The position numbers were made by a program, and so were the translations under genes. Below are positions 12,322-26,046 of a DNA stretch of 64,000 nucleotides, piece after piece; the first letter of the stretch is position 1, and each line of letters starts with the position of its first letter. This stretch comes from Proteromonas lacertae. Taxonomy: Eukaryota. Under the pieces are notes generated by a model. It saw nothing but the letters and a program-made list of their open reading frames with translations, made no database searches and was not told where the DNA came from. The DNA is taken from NCBI GenBank assembly GCA_002245135.1, contig NGBS01000874.1, positions 248,001-312,000 of the forward strand, given 5' to 3'.

Positions 12322-14527
12322 CTATGTAGATGGTGCTGGTGGAGCATTCTTCAATTTCTCTTGCCAATAATTCAATACGAATTCTAATTGTGTCATAATA
12401 TTCTTAATTCCAATTAATCTATTAGTACTTCGTGCTCTATATAAAAATATAACAAGAAATATATATATACAATGGTTCAACTAAATACTTAACAAAACCA
12501 ATTTGAGATTGACAAAATTTACTTTCAATAGAAGAAATATTAGGATCAAATGAGACTGGAATACCAATTAATGTCTCTTGTTGACTTTGGAAGGCAAATT
12601 CATCATTACATAACTTTGACCATTTAATATGAGCGTCTAAATCTTTCCAAGGATGTCCAATATCAGCACATTTTATTACTGCAACTAATAACATCAATTG
12701 CTTCTCTGCATCTTCAGGATAATTAGTATCACAAATAGATACTTGGTCAGGATCTGCTCCATTCGCATTATTAGATAATTCATCGTATAAATTATCGAAT
12801 TTTTGTAAATATTGTTTATGAACTGCTAAATCAGTTGCTAGAATCATTTCAATCATTGAAGTTCGAACATATGAATAATGGTCACCTTGTATCAGGTAAA
12901 ATGTTGAATTCTTTCTTTCTAAGAATATGGAATGAAGTAGCACAATGGAAATTTTCTAACACCATTCGATCATTATAACATAAAGCTAGCGAACTTCGAG
13001 CTTTTATCTATAAAATAAAATTATAATATATGTATATATATACTTGAAAAGCATTATTTGTACCTGGATGGCCTATATCATGAACACAAGCTCCGATTAA
13101 AATCTATTACATAAATTAAAAATATATATATATATATACAGCAAATTTGGATTTCATATCTAATTTTCTCTCCAATATTGTATGATTTATAATGAAATTA
13201 CACGAATGTAACACATCAGCAGCATGAGTTGAGTTATGGTAAGGGTTATCATGATAAGTACCTTCTACTTCATTAATAAAAGCAGTAAATGTTTCCATTG
13301 AGATGTTGAAATAATCAATTAATTTTCTCTTTTGGAATATAAATGTAGCTAATGCTGTTAAAGGATGATGATCTGTAAGCTCAGTTAATTTAAATATTTG
13401 GAATGTTTGAGAATCAATATCATTTAATAATGACTGTACTTCTATAGTTAACGGATCATTTAACGACTCAATCTTTGCTTCTTCACTATCATCTCCTTCA
13501 CTAAATGCTAATATTCCATCCAACATTCTCGTATGTCTTGATAAAATAGCTGGTTCATAAGTCTTTTGAAAATTATCGCTTGTCATTGTCCATTGTTCAC
13601 CAGCTGGATCTTGTAATAAATAATCACCTGCTTTACCTTCCTGATATCCATCTTTAGTTCGTGCTTTGAAATCCTTCAACATCTGCTGAGCATAAACAAA
13701 TCCTTTCTTTTGATATCGATGTGGTCCACCTGCTGATGGTTCGTATGTTTTCATAAATAATTCATTTGGACAGGTGTATAAATCTCCCTTTTCTCCAGCT
13801 ATTACCCAATCACCTTTCACTCCTTGTGAATGTCCCCAAGATTTTTCCACTAACACTGGATCGTCACTTGGGAAAGCATAGACTACTAATTTCTTACGAT
13901 ATTTGGCTGCTGCATCTGGATTTAGACGTAAAAATCCACTATTTTCATCTACAGAGAAACTTTCTCCATTTGCTTCTTTTCCTGCTGAAGATGTTGCTAG
14001 AGGTAGATTGGCTCTACTTGACATTGGATTCATTTTGTCTTTTTTTAATGCGCCTAGATGACTGTCTAATTCTGCGGCAAATAGGTTGTTTCCTTCAATC
14101 CATTTTTCATATTCTTCATCTTGTTCAATTACTTTTGCATTCGATGTTCTTTTCTTGGACATTATTTCACGTTCCACTTTTACTTCATTTAATAAATCAA
14201 CTGTTGCACCTAAAACAATAGATCCATCAATCATTCCTAGATTCAATTTATTACTTCTTAAAATATACCTGGCTGAGTTAAAATCCATCGTCTTAACTGA
14301 GTAAGACTTTGTATGAGAGAATTTATATCTTTATTATTAACATCTGTTAAGAGTTTTTCTTTAGTACCTTTTTGGGGTTTTATTTGAAATTGACCTAATA
14401 TAAAATTAATTAAACATATACGAGATGGTGGAGACATGTTTTTACGTAACATTGGGTTTGAGGTGAGTAAAGGTAATTTTCCTGCCATTAGAGGTGGCTC
14501 TTTTACATTAATGTGTCTTAGAGACAT
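12322..14527 (-). CDS. Class I cyclic-nucleotide phosphodiesterase with N-terminal tandem PGDYG-type modules
   Basis: PDEase_I motifs YHNSTHAADV, HDIGHPGTNNAF, LENFH, ILATDLAVH, IKCADIGHP, QSQIGF. One apparent frameshift near 14330 in the N-terminal part. Confidence 0.9.
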
Positions 14528-14925
14528 AACTATCTACAATGATTAATATTTGCTTATAAAAAAAACTGAATTTATTAAAAATGGAACGAAAAAACAGTTT
14601 CAAGTTTTATTTGATTGATTGAATGACCAAAATCATCTTTATGGATGATTATTTAAAGATACTACTTTTATTTTATGTTTATTTGTGCAATGATGGCTGT
14701 ATGTAACCATTTAGACACAAATCAACCTTCATAATCATATTTATTTTGTTTTCTACTTATTTTATATAATTTAAGCGTGTAGTGAAATCAGACGATTTTA
14801 TTTTAGATATTTAACTCTGCAATCAGCAGTTAAATTCATAACGATTATTATTCAAGCCTTTTTTGCTTGACCAAAATTCTGACAGTCATAAATATGTAAA
14901 ATTTACATAGTTCAGTTTTTTTTTA

Positions 14926-15795
14926 ATGAATCAAGAAAAGAAGCCTTATAAGTGTTCATCAGCTTATCTTCCTATTCATGCTAATAGTATTCTATCACAT
15001 TTTAGAGAATAGACCCAAACAAAGCAAGACAATATGTAACTTTAGAATGGAGGTTTATTGATGATCAAGTATATTAAAATATAAATGTTTATAATATATA
15101 GCCTCCAAAAGTACAGAAAAGAAATTCAACTGATGTAAAAGATGTTGAAGAAAAACTAAATAAACATCGTCCAATATCACTACCAAAGATTTCAACTGAA
15201 GAAGAGAGAAGAATTCGACAAATTATAAGAAATAACAATTCGCCTGGTTCAGAAGAAGAATTAACAAATCCTTTACAGAATGACGATGATGAAGAGAATG
15301 CAAAACCATCTGCCATATGGAGAGATACTTCACAAATCAGAGTAGCAGAAGATCTACCAGATGAATTTCGAGAAGCAATCACAAATTATTTATTTACTCC
15401 AGATGAATTAAAAGCAAGATATATTGCTTGTGAAGAATTAAATGGTAAAGTTATTCATCGTTCTCCACTGCTAGAAAAAGAGAGAAAGAAGAGATCACGT
15501 TTCCCGTTGATTACTACAGCTAGACATCTACAGCAATTAGAAAAACAACAGAAAACTAATCAATACAGTAAAAATAGAATTGATGATAAAGAGTGGAGAT
15601 TGCCTACTAATTTGGTTAATGAACAATTGAAAACTATTCCTACTTTGGCTATAAGCAAGAAATATAAAAAGTATTTCTATGATGTTGATATTTTATAGAT
15701 TTTATTCTGAAAGATATGCAGAAAAAGAGTTGCCGCACTTTCTAGAAAAAGTTAGAGCAGCAGGACCTTCTCCATCTTTTACATCTTCAAAGTGA
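14926..15795 (+). CDS. Hypothetical protein, 3 introns
   Basis: Continuous spliced frame MNQEKKPYK...LEWRFIDDQ|PPKVQKR... to TGA 15793-15795. No family recognised. Confidence 0.55.
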
Positions 15796-15955
15796 TTGTG
15801 TTTTTATATATTTAATTAAATTTTGTTAATATTATATATTTAAATTAACTTTTAATCAATTTTTTGAATGATGTGAGTGATTATATGAAGAGAATTTTGA
15901 AGAATTTTTATGTTGTAACGAATATATATTTTGTATTTTGGTATTTTTTATTCTC

Positions 15956-16488
15956 ATGCTTTCTGGTCGATCACTTCGCAATTGTTCAAGAGTATATTTC
16001 AACATTTATATAAGTAGATCTTAAAAGTCAATAATTCAAGAAGTATTCTATTTATTATGATAGTTTTATGTTATTCATTGAAATAGCATTACAAAGATTA
16101 TTTGCATCATTTTCAGGATTTAAAGAAGCAGATTCTGAAAAGGAAATAAAGGAATTGATAAAGGGAACAGATCCTTGTATTTTTTACTACACTGCTCAAT
16201 GGTGTGGACCGTGCAAACGTATTGGACCAGCTGTAATTGCTTTAACGTATATTAACTTTATTAATATGAATACTCATAGAAAACAATACCCAAATTCAAG
16301 AGTGTTGAAGATAGATGTAGATAAATTCCCTGAAGCAGCAGAAAATGATTCAATTGATGTATAAGTGATATTGTAATAATAATTATTAGGCTGTTCCAAC
16401 ATTCATCTTAAGAAAGGAAAATACAAAGGCAGAGGTAGTTCAAGGTGCAGATTTTGCTGGAGTTGAAAAATTAATATCTAATATGTGA
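15956..16488 (+). CDS. Thioredoxin with mitochondrial-type presequence
   Basis: WCGPC active site, KIDVD and AVPTF. Spliced N-terminus MLSGRSLRNCSRILKVNNSRTLQRLFASF is Arg/Ser-rich with no acidic residues. Confidence 0.9.
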
Positions 16489-16587
16489 TTATCTTATTAT
16501 GATTTTCTGTTTTAATAACAAATCAATAACAAAATTTACACATTTAATAAATAAATAAACAATTAAATGAATTTTTATTTAATTTCT

Positions 16588-18895
16588 TCATTCATTACTT
16601 ACAGCAAATGAATCTGTAAATGTATCTGTAAATTCACTCTTAAATGTATCACCAAATTTATTGTCATTTTCATTACCAATCATTTCTTTTTCATCATCAA
16701 CAACTCTCTGTTCTTTTTCTTCTGTTGTTTCTTCTACATTTTCCCCTTTCCCTTCATTTTCCTCACTTTTATTCTTTTCTTGTTCAATATTCATCTTTTC
16801 TTCTTCAACAACTGTATTTAGCATTTCATTGACGAATGTATTGCTAAAATCTTCTAATTCATAATCTTCATCTTCTAATGGTTCATGTCCTCTCGTTGCA
16901 TTTAAAATATCTTCTTCTACTTTTGGTTCTTCATTTGTTTCACCTTCTTGTGTCTCAGTTTTTTCTTCTTCTTCTTCATTTGGCTGTTGTTCTTCTTCTA
17001 CACTTTTTCCATCATAATTTTCTTCTCCTTCATCATCATCATGATTATCTCTTATTTCTCTTGATTTACTTAAACTCTCATTCTCTTCATATAATACTTC
17101 TGTAAGTATTGAATTAACAAATGAATTACTCATTTCATCTAATTCATCATCTTCATTAACTATCTTCTTCTTCTTCTTCTCTTCTTCCTTTTTAACAACA
17201 TTCTTATTCTTTGTTTGTTGTTGTTGTTGTTGTACCTTTTGTTTTTGCTGTGTTTGTTTTTGTTGTTGTGATTGTTGTTGATTCTTTCTATTATTCTGCT
17301 TCGATTGTTGTTGTTGTTGTTGTTGTTGTTGATTAGATGAAGTAATATTATTCATTTTATTATTATTTCTATTTTGAGTATTCCTTATATTTGATGTATT
17401 ATTGGTCGATTTCTTCATTGGCTTGACTTGATTCTTTTCTTTCTTCTTTTGTACTTGTTGTTGTTGTAGAGGTTTTTCACTCTCTTTCTTCTTCTTTTCC
17501 TCTTCTTCTATTTTCTGTTTTTCTTCTTCTATTTTCTTATTCTCTTCACTTATTACACTAGCTAATATTCTATTAACAAATATTTCTGCTTTATGATCAA
17601 ACTCTTCTTCCTCTTTTTCTTCTTCTTTCTTCACTTTACTCTTTTCTTTCTCTTCATTTTCTTCAAATTCACTTTCATCTTCTTCATTTATTACATCACT
17701 TAATATCACTTCATTTTCTTGGTGTTTTCTTTCTTCTTCACTCACTTCATCTAATATCTTCTCACCTTCTTCACTGATTTCAAGAATATTGTAATTATTT
17801 ATTCTAATATAATAACTAATCAAAAAATTTAATAATTCTTCAATATAATCAGTTGTAGATGGATAATTCAAAGCTTCATGTAATGAGGAATAAGTTACAG
17901 TTGTAATTGTGGATGGCGATGTTTTAGTTTCAAATCCACTGTTATTATTATTATTACCATCTGATTCTTCATTTATTACTAATAACTTTGATAGTATTGA
18001 ATCTAATAGTTCATTATCTTTACATAAATGGATTAATTGATTTATTGAGAAGATTATACTGTTTTCTTGGATTTTGTTGTTATTACTAGTGATTGAAACA
18101 ATCTATAAAATCATATATATATATTTATACTTTTATTCCATCAGTACCATTATATCCATAATCTAATTCTCTTACAATTTCCCATAATTTTATATTAACA
18201 TCTTTTGAACTGACTGCTTTTATACCATTAAATAGTAATATATCAGGAGAAGTATTACTATAAATAAATAAATATATATATACAAATGGACTGAATTATC
18301 TAATGTATGAGCTCTATTATATAACGGATTTCTTTTATTAGATATTGGTTCTGATGCACTTCTAGTCATTCCTTTTTTATTAGTTTTTTGCTTAGTATTT
18401 TTCAATGGCGCGATATACTTTGGAGCTGGTCTAACTTGATGACTATTGTAATAATCTTTTATGTATATTCTTGTATTCATTGTTGGATTTGTTTTTACTA
18501 TTCGTTTGTACATCTTTAAATTCTCTGTATTGATCTTTTTAGCTTCACGATGACGTTTTTCACCACGAAGACTGTGACCGTATTTATATGAATTGAAACC
18601 TGTGTACATTGGTTTAGGATGACTATCAATTAAAGCTAATCGTTCTAACAGTGACCTGTTCTCTGTATCTATTTCTTGTTGTCTTTTGCCTTTTAAATAA
18701 TCAGCTTTAGATTTTACTTTTACTGGCATAGTCGTCTATTATAAATAGTAAATTAACTAATACATATTGGTTTGATGTGTCGATCATTGGTCTTATATGA
18801 GTCAAAGCATATTTATGCCTAGCCTGCTCTCTTTTAATTTGCTCTTTATACGTTAATTCATTACCTACAGGCATCACACTACGAAATCTGTCCAT
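16588..18895 (-). CDS. CFAP97/Hemingway-like domain protein (paralog 2) with unnamed middle domain and Q/E-rich tail
   Basis: HKYALTHIRPMIDT, YLKGKRQQEIDTENRSLLERL and RHREAKKINTENLKMYKRI are CFAP97D-type motifs. Confidence 0.65.
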
Positions 18896-18999
18896 TTTCA
18901 AAACAAAAACGATATTTCTAGAAACGGATATAATTTTTGAATTATAAAAAATCAATTACAACAAACATATACAATAATAATACAAATAATCTATCTAAA

Positions 19000-21900
19000 T
19001 TATTTAACATTTGTATGTTCTTTGACAATTTCTTTCTTTTCTTCCTCAGATAGTCCATCTACTTTTATCACCTCAATATATTGAAATGTTTCTAAAAATG
19101 ATTCTAATTCTGAATGTTTAACATTTTCTTTTAATGTTATAGACAATTCATCTAATTCTTCAAATACTTCTTTATTTTCTTTCATTAATCTCAATTCATT
19201 TTCATTTAATTCATTTCCTAATATATTCATCTTTGTTAGTAATTTACAATCTTTTAATCTTTCTATTAGCATCTTCAATCCTTTTTCACTCATTCCAATA
19301 CCTAATCAAACAATATTATAGAATATTCATAAAATACTTGAAAGATTTAATGATAATGAGTTATAATAATCCAAATACTTTTCTATATATTTACATATTA
19401 TTTCTATTCCTTCATCTCCAATTTGATTATTGTATATGGAAATATTATCTACATCTTCTGGTAAACTATTTATTATTTCTTTCAAGCCTTTATAACTAAT
19501 ATGATTATTGGATAAATCAAGTATATTATAATCAATCTGTTTAATTAATGAAATGTAAGAATCATTGATATTCATATCTATTTCATTAAAAGATAATTCT
19601 ATACTAGATAAATCATATTTTCTATTGTGATATTTATTATCTTTTCTAACACAATAATTCAGATAATATTCCAATTCTTCATTTGTCCAAAATGAACATT
19701 TTATTTGTATAAATGGATATTCTTCTTTTTCTAAAGATTTTGAACAAATTGATTTTAATCCATTCATTCTGATATTATTATCATTTAAATTGATTATATT
19801 ACATTTTTTAATTAAAGCTAGGTTATTTGCTAATAATATTGCAATCTCATCATCTACTGATATATTACTCAGATTAATATCATCATATTGTATTAACTTA
19901 TTTAAATTGTTTAATATTAATTTAAATCCATCATTACCAATAGGATTATCTATTAAAATAGTGATTAAAAAATGACATATACTATATATTAATAACTTTT
20001 CTATATTAGTATTATCTTTTATATAATTCATCAACATTACCATTCCATCTGAATCAATTTTATTATCACTTATATCAATTTGGGTTCTATTTCTTATATT
20101 ATTTAAACCATCTAATAAATATTTCAATCCAATTGAAGATAATCCCATTTCTATTACATATTAAATTATTAATACAATACTTGAACAATTATAAAAGATA
20201 ATCTCATTTCCAACAAACATATAATGATTAAGCTCATCGAACCACTGTAGATACTTTATATATGGAGATAATATTTTCATTCCTTCATCTCCTATTGCAT
20301 TTCCGTACAATTGAAGATGTGCATGTGAAAATGAAGATAAATTCTTAATAAGCAATTCTATACTTTTATGTGTAAGTTTATTATCTATGAAATAACAAAA
20401 ATATCATATTATACTACTCAAATCTAATCTCGATATTTCTTTCAATTCGTTTAATCTTAATGAAATGAATGATTTTAAGAAATCATCATCAATTTCACAA
20501 CTGTTAATATTTAAATTGTAAGAATAACAAACGTTCGGTTTGAATAATTCTGGAATGTCATTATCAATAAGCAAATCTTTATTCTTGTTGAAGTCAAAAT
20601 AAAAAACTACAGAGAGGATTTTGGAGAATAAGGATTTTAATCCTTTTGAATGAATATTTTTATTTCCTCTTATGTCTATTTTCTGAACATTTGGATATTT
20701 AAATAATTCTTCTGATAGTGATATCATTGATTCATCATTTAAATTCATTTTATAAAGATCCAATGTATAATCTTTGTTGATTAACAAATATAAATATGGA
20801 AATAGTAATTTGAATCCTTTTGGACCAATAGGATTATCTATGCATAATAATAATAAATAAAAACAAATACTTTGAAGATTTACATACTCCAATTTCATAC
20901 ATAGAATTGATTTAATAAATGATGCAATGAAATTTATTGTAAGATTACATTTGGATATATCTAATTCACGTAGATTTGTTAATTGAGAAAAACATGATCC
21001 AAATAATGATTGATGTTTAATAGGAATTCTTTTATCTAAACAAATTAAAAGGATTAGAATTATACTAAACTGGAGGTTTATTGGATTCAGTACTTTCAAT
21101 ACTCTAAATAAAAAATCTATTCCCTGTTCACAGAAACAACTACAGTACGAATCAATTACTATTTTATCTTGATGATATTTATCAATATAAATATTAAACA
21201 CCATCTCATCTAAATAATATTTCTTTTTATACTCACAATGGTGATGAATTTGATATTTCAATTTATCTGTTATTGATTTATCTTCATTGCATTTTTTAAT
21301 CATAAATAAGACTGATAGTATTTTCTTATTAGGGTATTTATTGTAAGATTCTATCAGTCTATCTCGGATTTCTTCATATATATTACTCTTAAGATAATAA
21401 TCATATGGAAATATTATTGGAATTCTAACAATTGCATAATCATTATTGAATAAGACTTCTTTTCTTTCTTCTAATATCATTAAAAATCTATCATCATCTT
21501 TAAAGATTTCACTCATTATTTTCATTTCTTTTCTCAACTCTTTTAAACTCACTCTATCTTCATTTTTCGTTTTTAACATTCTATCAACCATTTCTTTCAT
21601 TTCAATGCATTCTGCATCAATACTGTATTTACATTTCATGATATTTTCTTTTGTTTCATCTTCATAAAAAGGCAATTTCTTGTTTATCATTTCATATAAT
21701 ATACATCCAACAGACCAAATTACGCTTTTCTCATCACATTCTAGTTCATTCAACTCTTCTTGGCTTATAAAACACATGTCATATAATCTCACATCTTCTT
21801 CTTTTCTTCTCAAAGTATTTAACCATAAATCACATAACTTTACATTGTTATTCTCTTCGTATACTATGTTATTGCTTTTAATATTACCAATTACCATACA

Positions 21901-22328
21901 ATACTCACTAAAAATCATCAAAATATCACATATATTACATATTATACTACAGATATCACTACTTGACATGAATTCATTATGAATAATATCTTCTAAATCT
22001 CTTACATAATAGTCTCTCGATATTATCATAAATTCACCATTTTTATTCATCTGAAATGCTTTAAATGGGTAGATTAAGAATGAACAACATACATTTAATA
22101 ATGAGCTATTTTCAATAAATTTCAGAATTATCTTTTCTTTTATTCCATCTATGTCAATAATTTTCACCGTTTTTCTATCATTTCTATGTTCTACAACTAA
22201 TTTTACTTCAGAATTACTCTTTTCTACTCTTTCTTTAATCTAAAAATAGTAATCAAAATAAATACCTCAGTTTCTAATGTTAACACTGGAAATAATAAAT
22301 CATCCACAAAAGAATTAATACATAACAT
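19000..22328 (-). CDS. Pseudokinase fused to RNI-like leucine-rich repeats
   Basis: Kinase fold with altered catalytic motifs (VIGNIKSNNI, KLCDLWL, VIWSVGCILYEM), followed by many LRRs (DNPIGPKGFKLL, GNAIGDEGMKIL, NNQIGDEGIEII); short introns. Confidence 0.75.
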
Positions 22329-22555
22329 GTTCTGTGAAATAATGAACCATTTAAATTGTACCTTATATAATTAAATGTTTTAATATTCCTGTTAGAGAGA
22401 AAAACAAAAAAATAATTCTATCAAGTCAAACCTTTTAAATAAAAAAATTACCGTTTTATCGTTTTTTTTAGTTATTTGTTATTTTTTTCACAGTTTAAAG
22501 AAGTATCCTTTTAGAAATATATAGAACAATAGGAATACAATATAAACATATTAAA

Positions 22556-25500
22556 ATGAGCAGAAATTATAGAAAACAACCAGATAGTCTAGATTATATG
22601 TACAATGATGAAATAGAAGAAAGAAAACAACGTAGAAAAGAAAATAATGCATATGGTGGTGGTGGTGGTGTAGCTCCAGGAATTGTATGAATAATCTCTG
22701 TTATTTCTAGTATGTTAAACCAAAAAGAAAAAATGGAAATGGTAGAACTATGGCAAGAAATACACGAAGAGATCCATGGGCAGATCAATATTCTGAAGCT
22801 ATGAAGTTTCGTCAATTATTGACAAATGATCAACGTCGTAGGGAAATGACAGAAATAAGAAATGAAAATTTAAAACTGTTGAAAAGACTACAAGAAGCTA
22901 GACCAACTGTACCAAAGAAGGCATTTGATGATGAATATGAAAGACATGCAAAGATAATGAGAAGAATGCATGTATTAAAATATGGAGAGTATATATATAT
23001 ATAATATAATAATTATATATAGAGATCGACCTCCAAAGAAAGTCAACAAAAAATGTATATAAAATATTGTTATTAATAATAATTATTCATAGTAAGTCCA
23101 ATAAAAAGAAGACAACAACAACAGCAGCAACAAGAGCCATCGGAATTGGATTTATATCATAGTCAATCAGAACCACAAATGTGTTCAACTACAAAACCTA
23201 AAAGTAATAGATATAAGAATAATAACAATAATCAATATAATAATGATTATGGAAGTAGAAAAGTTAAATCATCAATGGATAATCCAAGTCCAATGAGATC
23301 TCCAGAAAAATGTATAGTTATTATAATAATTATAATGTTTGTATAGTTACTCATTTGAAAGAATATAATAATGGTTCATCACTACCAGCTACAAGACAGA
23401 AAGATATTTTATTATATACCGATAATCGATTATTTGGTGATTATTATATGCCAGTAGATGTCTATGTATGGGAAATTGGTCAATTTATTGATGATAAAAC
23501 TAGAGGGTTTACTGGATTACTTGTATATATATATATATATATTAATTTATTATTATAGTTGGTTGTAAGAGATATGACAGGTAAAGAATTTATAAAGACA
23601 TTAGATTATGAAACAATCCATGATATGTGTTTAGATAATAAACTGCTATTAAATATATTAGATTCTGGTGTAAAGTTAATACAAGATCCTGGTATCTATT
23701 CAACAATTAGTGATGCATTAAACTTCCCTTACAATGCAAAGAGCTCTGTTTTATTTGCTAATCATATTTTAGGTAAATATGCAATTATTCATGATGATTT
23801 ACAGGTTATTGAAGATAATCATAATGAAATGTTAGGACTTTCACAACCTTTAATAATTGATGATATTGTAAGTGAAGATTATTTAGAAAAAGAATTAGAA
23901 CAAGAGGAACAAATGAATAAATTCTTAAATGATTTTGTTAAAGAAATGGTTGATAGTGTTATGGAAAAGAGAGCAAGGGATTTAGAAAGATATGAAAGAC
24001 AGAAATCAATTCCAAAGAATACAACTGATACTCAAACATGTGAAGAAGATTTTGAAGAAAGTTTGAAGATGGAAGATGGTAAAGAAGAAGATAATAATAA
24101 TAATAATAATAATGAATTAGAAGATTCAACTGATAAAGTAACACAAACTACAAGTGAAGTACATCCTGAAGATTCAAAGAGAACTTACGATTCTGAAGGT
24201 AATGAAGATGAATTTGGTGAAGAAGATAATAATAAAGGATGATGAATTTAGAGATGAAGAAGAACCAGTGAAACAAGAGAGTGAAGAAAAACCTGAAGAG
24301 GAGAATAATAATGAGGAAGAATTTACTGATGAAGAGGAAGAAGAAGGTGAAAAAGCGAAGGAAGAAGAAGAAGAAAAAGTGGAAGAAGAAAAAGTGGAAA
24401 AAGAAGAAAAGGTGGAAGAAGAAAAGGTAGAAGAAGAGAAACCAGTAGAGAATAATGAAGAAGAGTTTACTGAAGATGAAGAAGAAGGTGAAAAAGCAAA
24501 AGAAGAAGAAGAAGAAAAGCCAGAAGTAGAAGATAATGAATTTGGTGAAGAAGAAAAAGAAAAACCAGAAGATAATGAAGATGAATTTAATGAAGAAGAA
24601 AAGCCAGAAGAAGGAGGAGAAGAAGAAGGAGAAGTTAAAAGAACTTCATCAGAAGAAAGCGCAAGACTTGGTTCATTTGTTAATCATTATGTAGATAATA
24701 CAATTAAAGATATCGTTCAAGATGAAGAAGCAAAACCGAAGGTAGAAACAATCTCTGAAGTTGATCAAAAAGAAGAAAATGATGAAGAATTTGGTGATGA
24801 AACAGAAACAAAACCTTCTGAAGATAATGTAGAAGCAAAAGAAAGTAAAATGACTGAAGGATTTGGTGATGATGAAGATGAATTTGCATCTGAAAAACCA
24901 TCAGAAGATGTTAAACCATCTGAAGGAGAAGAAGGAGAAGAAGATAAAGTAAAAGAAGAAGGAAGTGTTGAACCATTAGAAAGCAAAGCAAGTGAAGGAT
25001 TTGAAGATGAAAATGATAATGAATTTGAATCAGAAAAACCATCTGAAGAATTACCTGAAATTAAGAATGAAAATGAAAATGAAAATGTAGATGAATCAGG
25101 AAGAAGAAAATCCACCCAAGAGAGTGCTAGATTAGGATCATTTGTCAATCATTATGTTGATAATACAATAAGAGATATTGTTCAAGATGAAGAACAAAGT
25201 ACAACAAAACAACAACAACCAAATGATGGTAATGATGGTAATTCTGTAAATGCACAAGAATCCAAATTCACTGAAGATGGATTTGAGAATGAATCATTTG
25301 ATACAACTACAAAGACAAATGCTGATGAGAATAATGATGAAGTAAAACCTGAAGAATCAAAACTTACTGAAGGATTTGATGAAGGAAATGATGAAGATTT
25401 TACATCAGAAAAACCATCTGAAGAATTACCTGAAATTAAGAAAGATAATGAGGAAGGAGATCTTCGAAAAACAACTCAAGAAAGTGAAAGACTTGGTTCT

Positions 25501-25896
25501 TTTGTCAATCATTATGTTGATAATACAATCACAAATGTAGTTAAAGATGAAGAAAAGAGTATTCACAATCAAGAAGAAGGTGAGAAGAAGGAAAATGAAG
25601 AAGATATTGGTAAAATAGAAGCTGTTGAAAGTAAGTTTACAGAAGATGGATTTGAGAATGAATCATTTGATACAACTACAAAAACAAATGCAGAAAATAA
25701 TGAAGGAGATGAAGTAAAACCTGAAGAGTCAAAACTAACTGAGAATTTTGAAGGAATTGATGAATTTGCCTCTGAAAAACCATCAGAAGAAATACCAAAT
25801 AAAGAAACAGAAGAAGAAGGTAATGTAGAGCCAACTGAAAGTAAAGCAACTGAAGGTTTTGATGATGGAGATGATTTTGATAATTCACTTGAATAG
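22556..25896 (+). CDS. CFAP97/Hemingway-like domain protein (paralog 3) with long acidic repeat tail
   Basis: RRREMTEIRNENLKLLKRLQEARPTV motif and shared middle domain. One +1 frameshift near 24236 joins ORFs 23559-24242 and 24154-25896. Confidence 0.6.
24640..25870 (+). repeat. Internal coding repeats: 3 x S(A/E)RLGSFVNHYVDNTI and about 7 x ESKxxExF, often followed by F(A/E/T)SEKPSE
   Basis: Near-identical nucleotide copies, e.g. gaagatggatttgagaatgaatcatttgatacaactacaaa near 25273 and 25642, and tcagaaaaaccatctgaagaattacctgaaattaag near 25030 and 25405. Confidence 0.9.
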
Positions 25897-26046
25897 AAAA
25901 CTTATAAATATTTTGTTCTTTTATTTATTATACTTCAATATTATATTAATCTCATTTTCTAAATAATATTATGTTCTTTTTGGAAATTTTGAACAATTAA
26001 TTTAAAAAAGATGATATATATATATATATTAAGAATTACAAACTTA

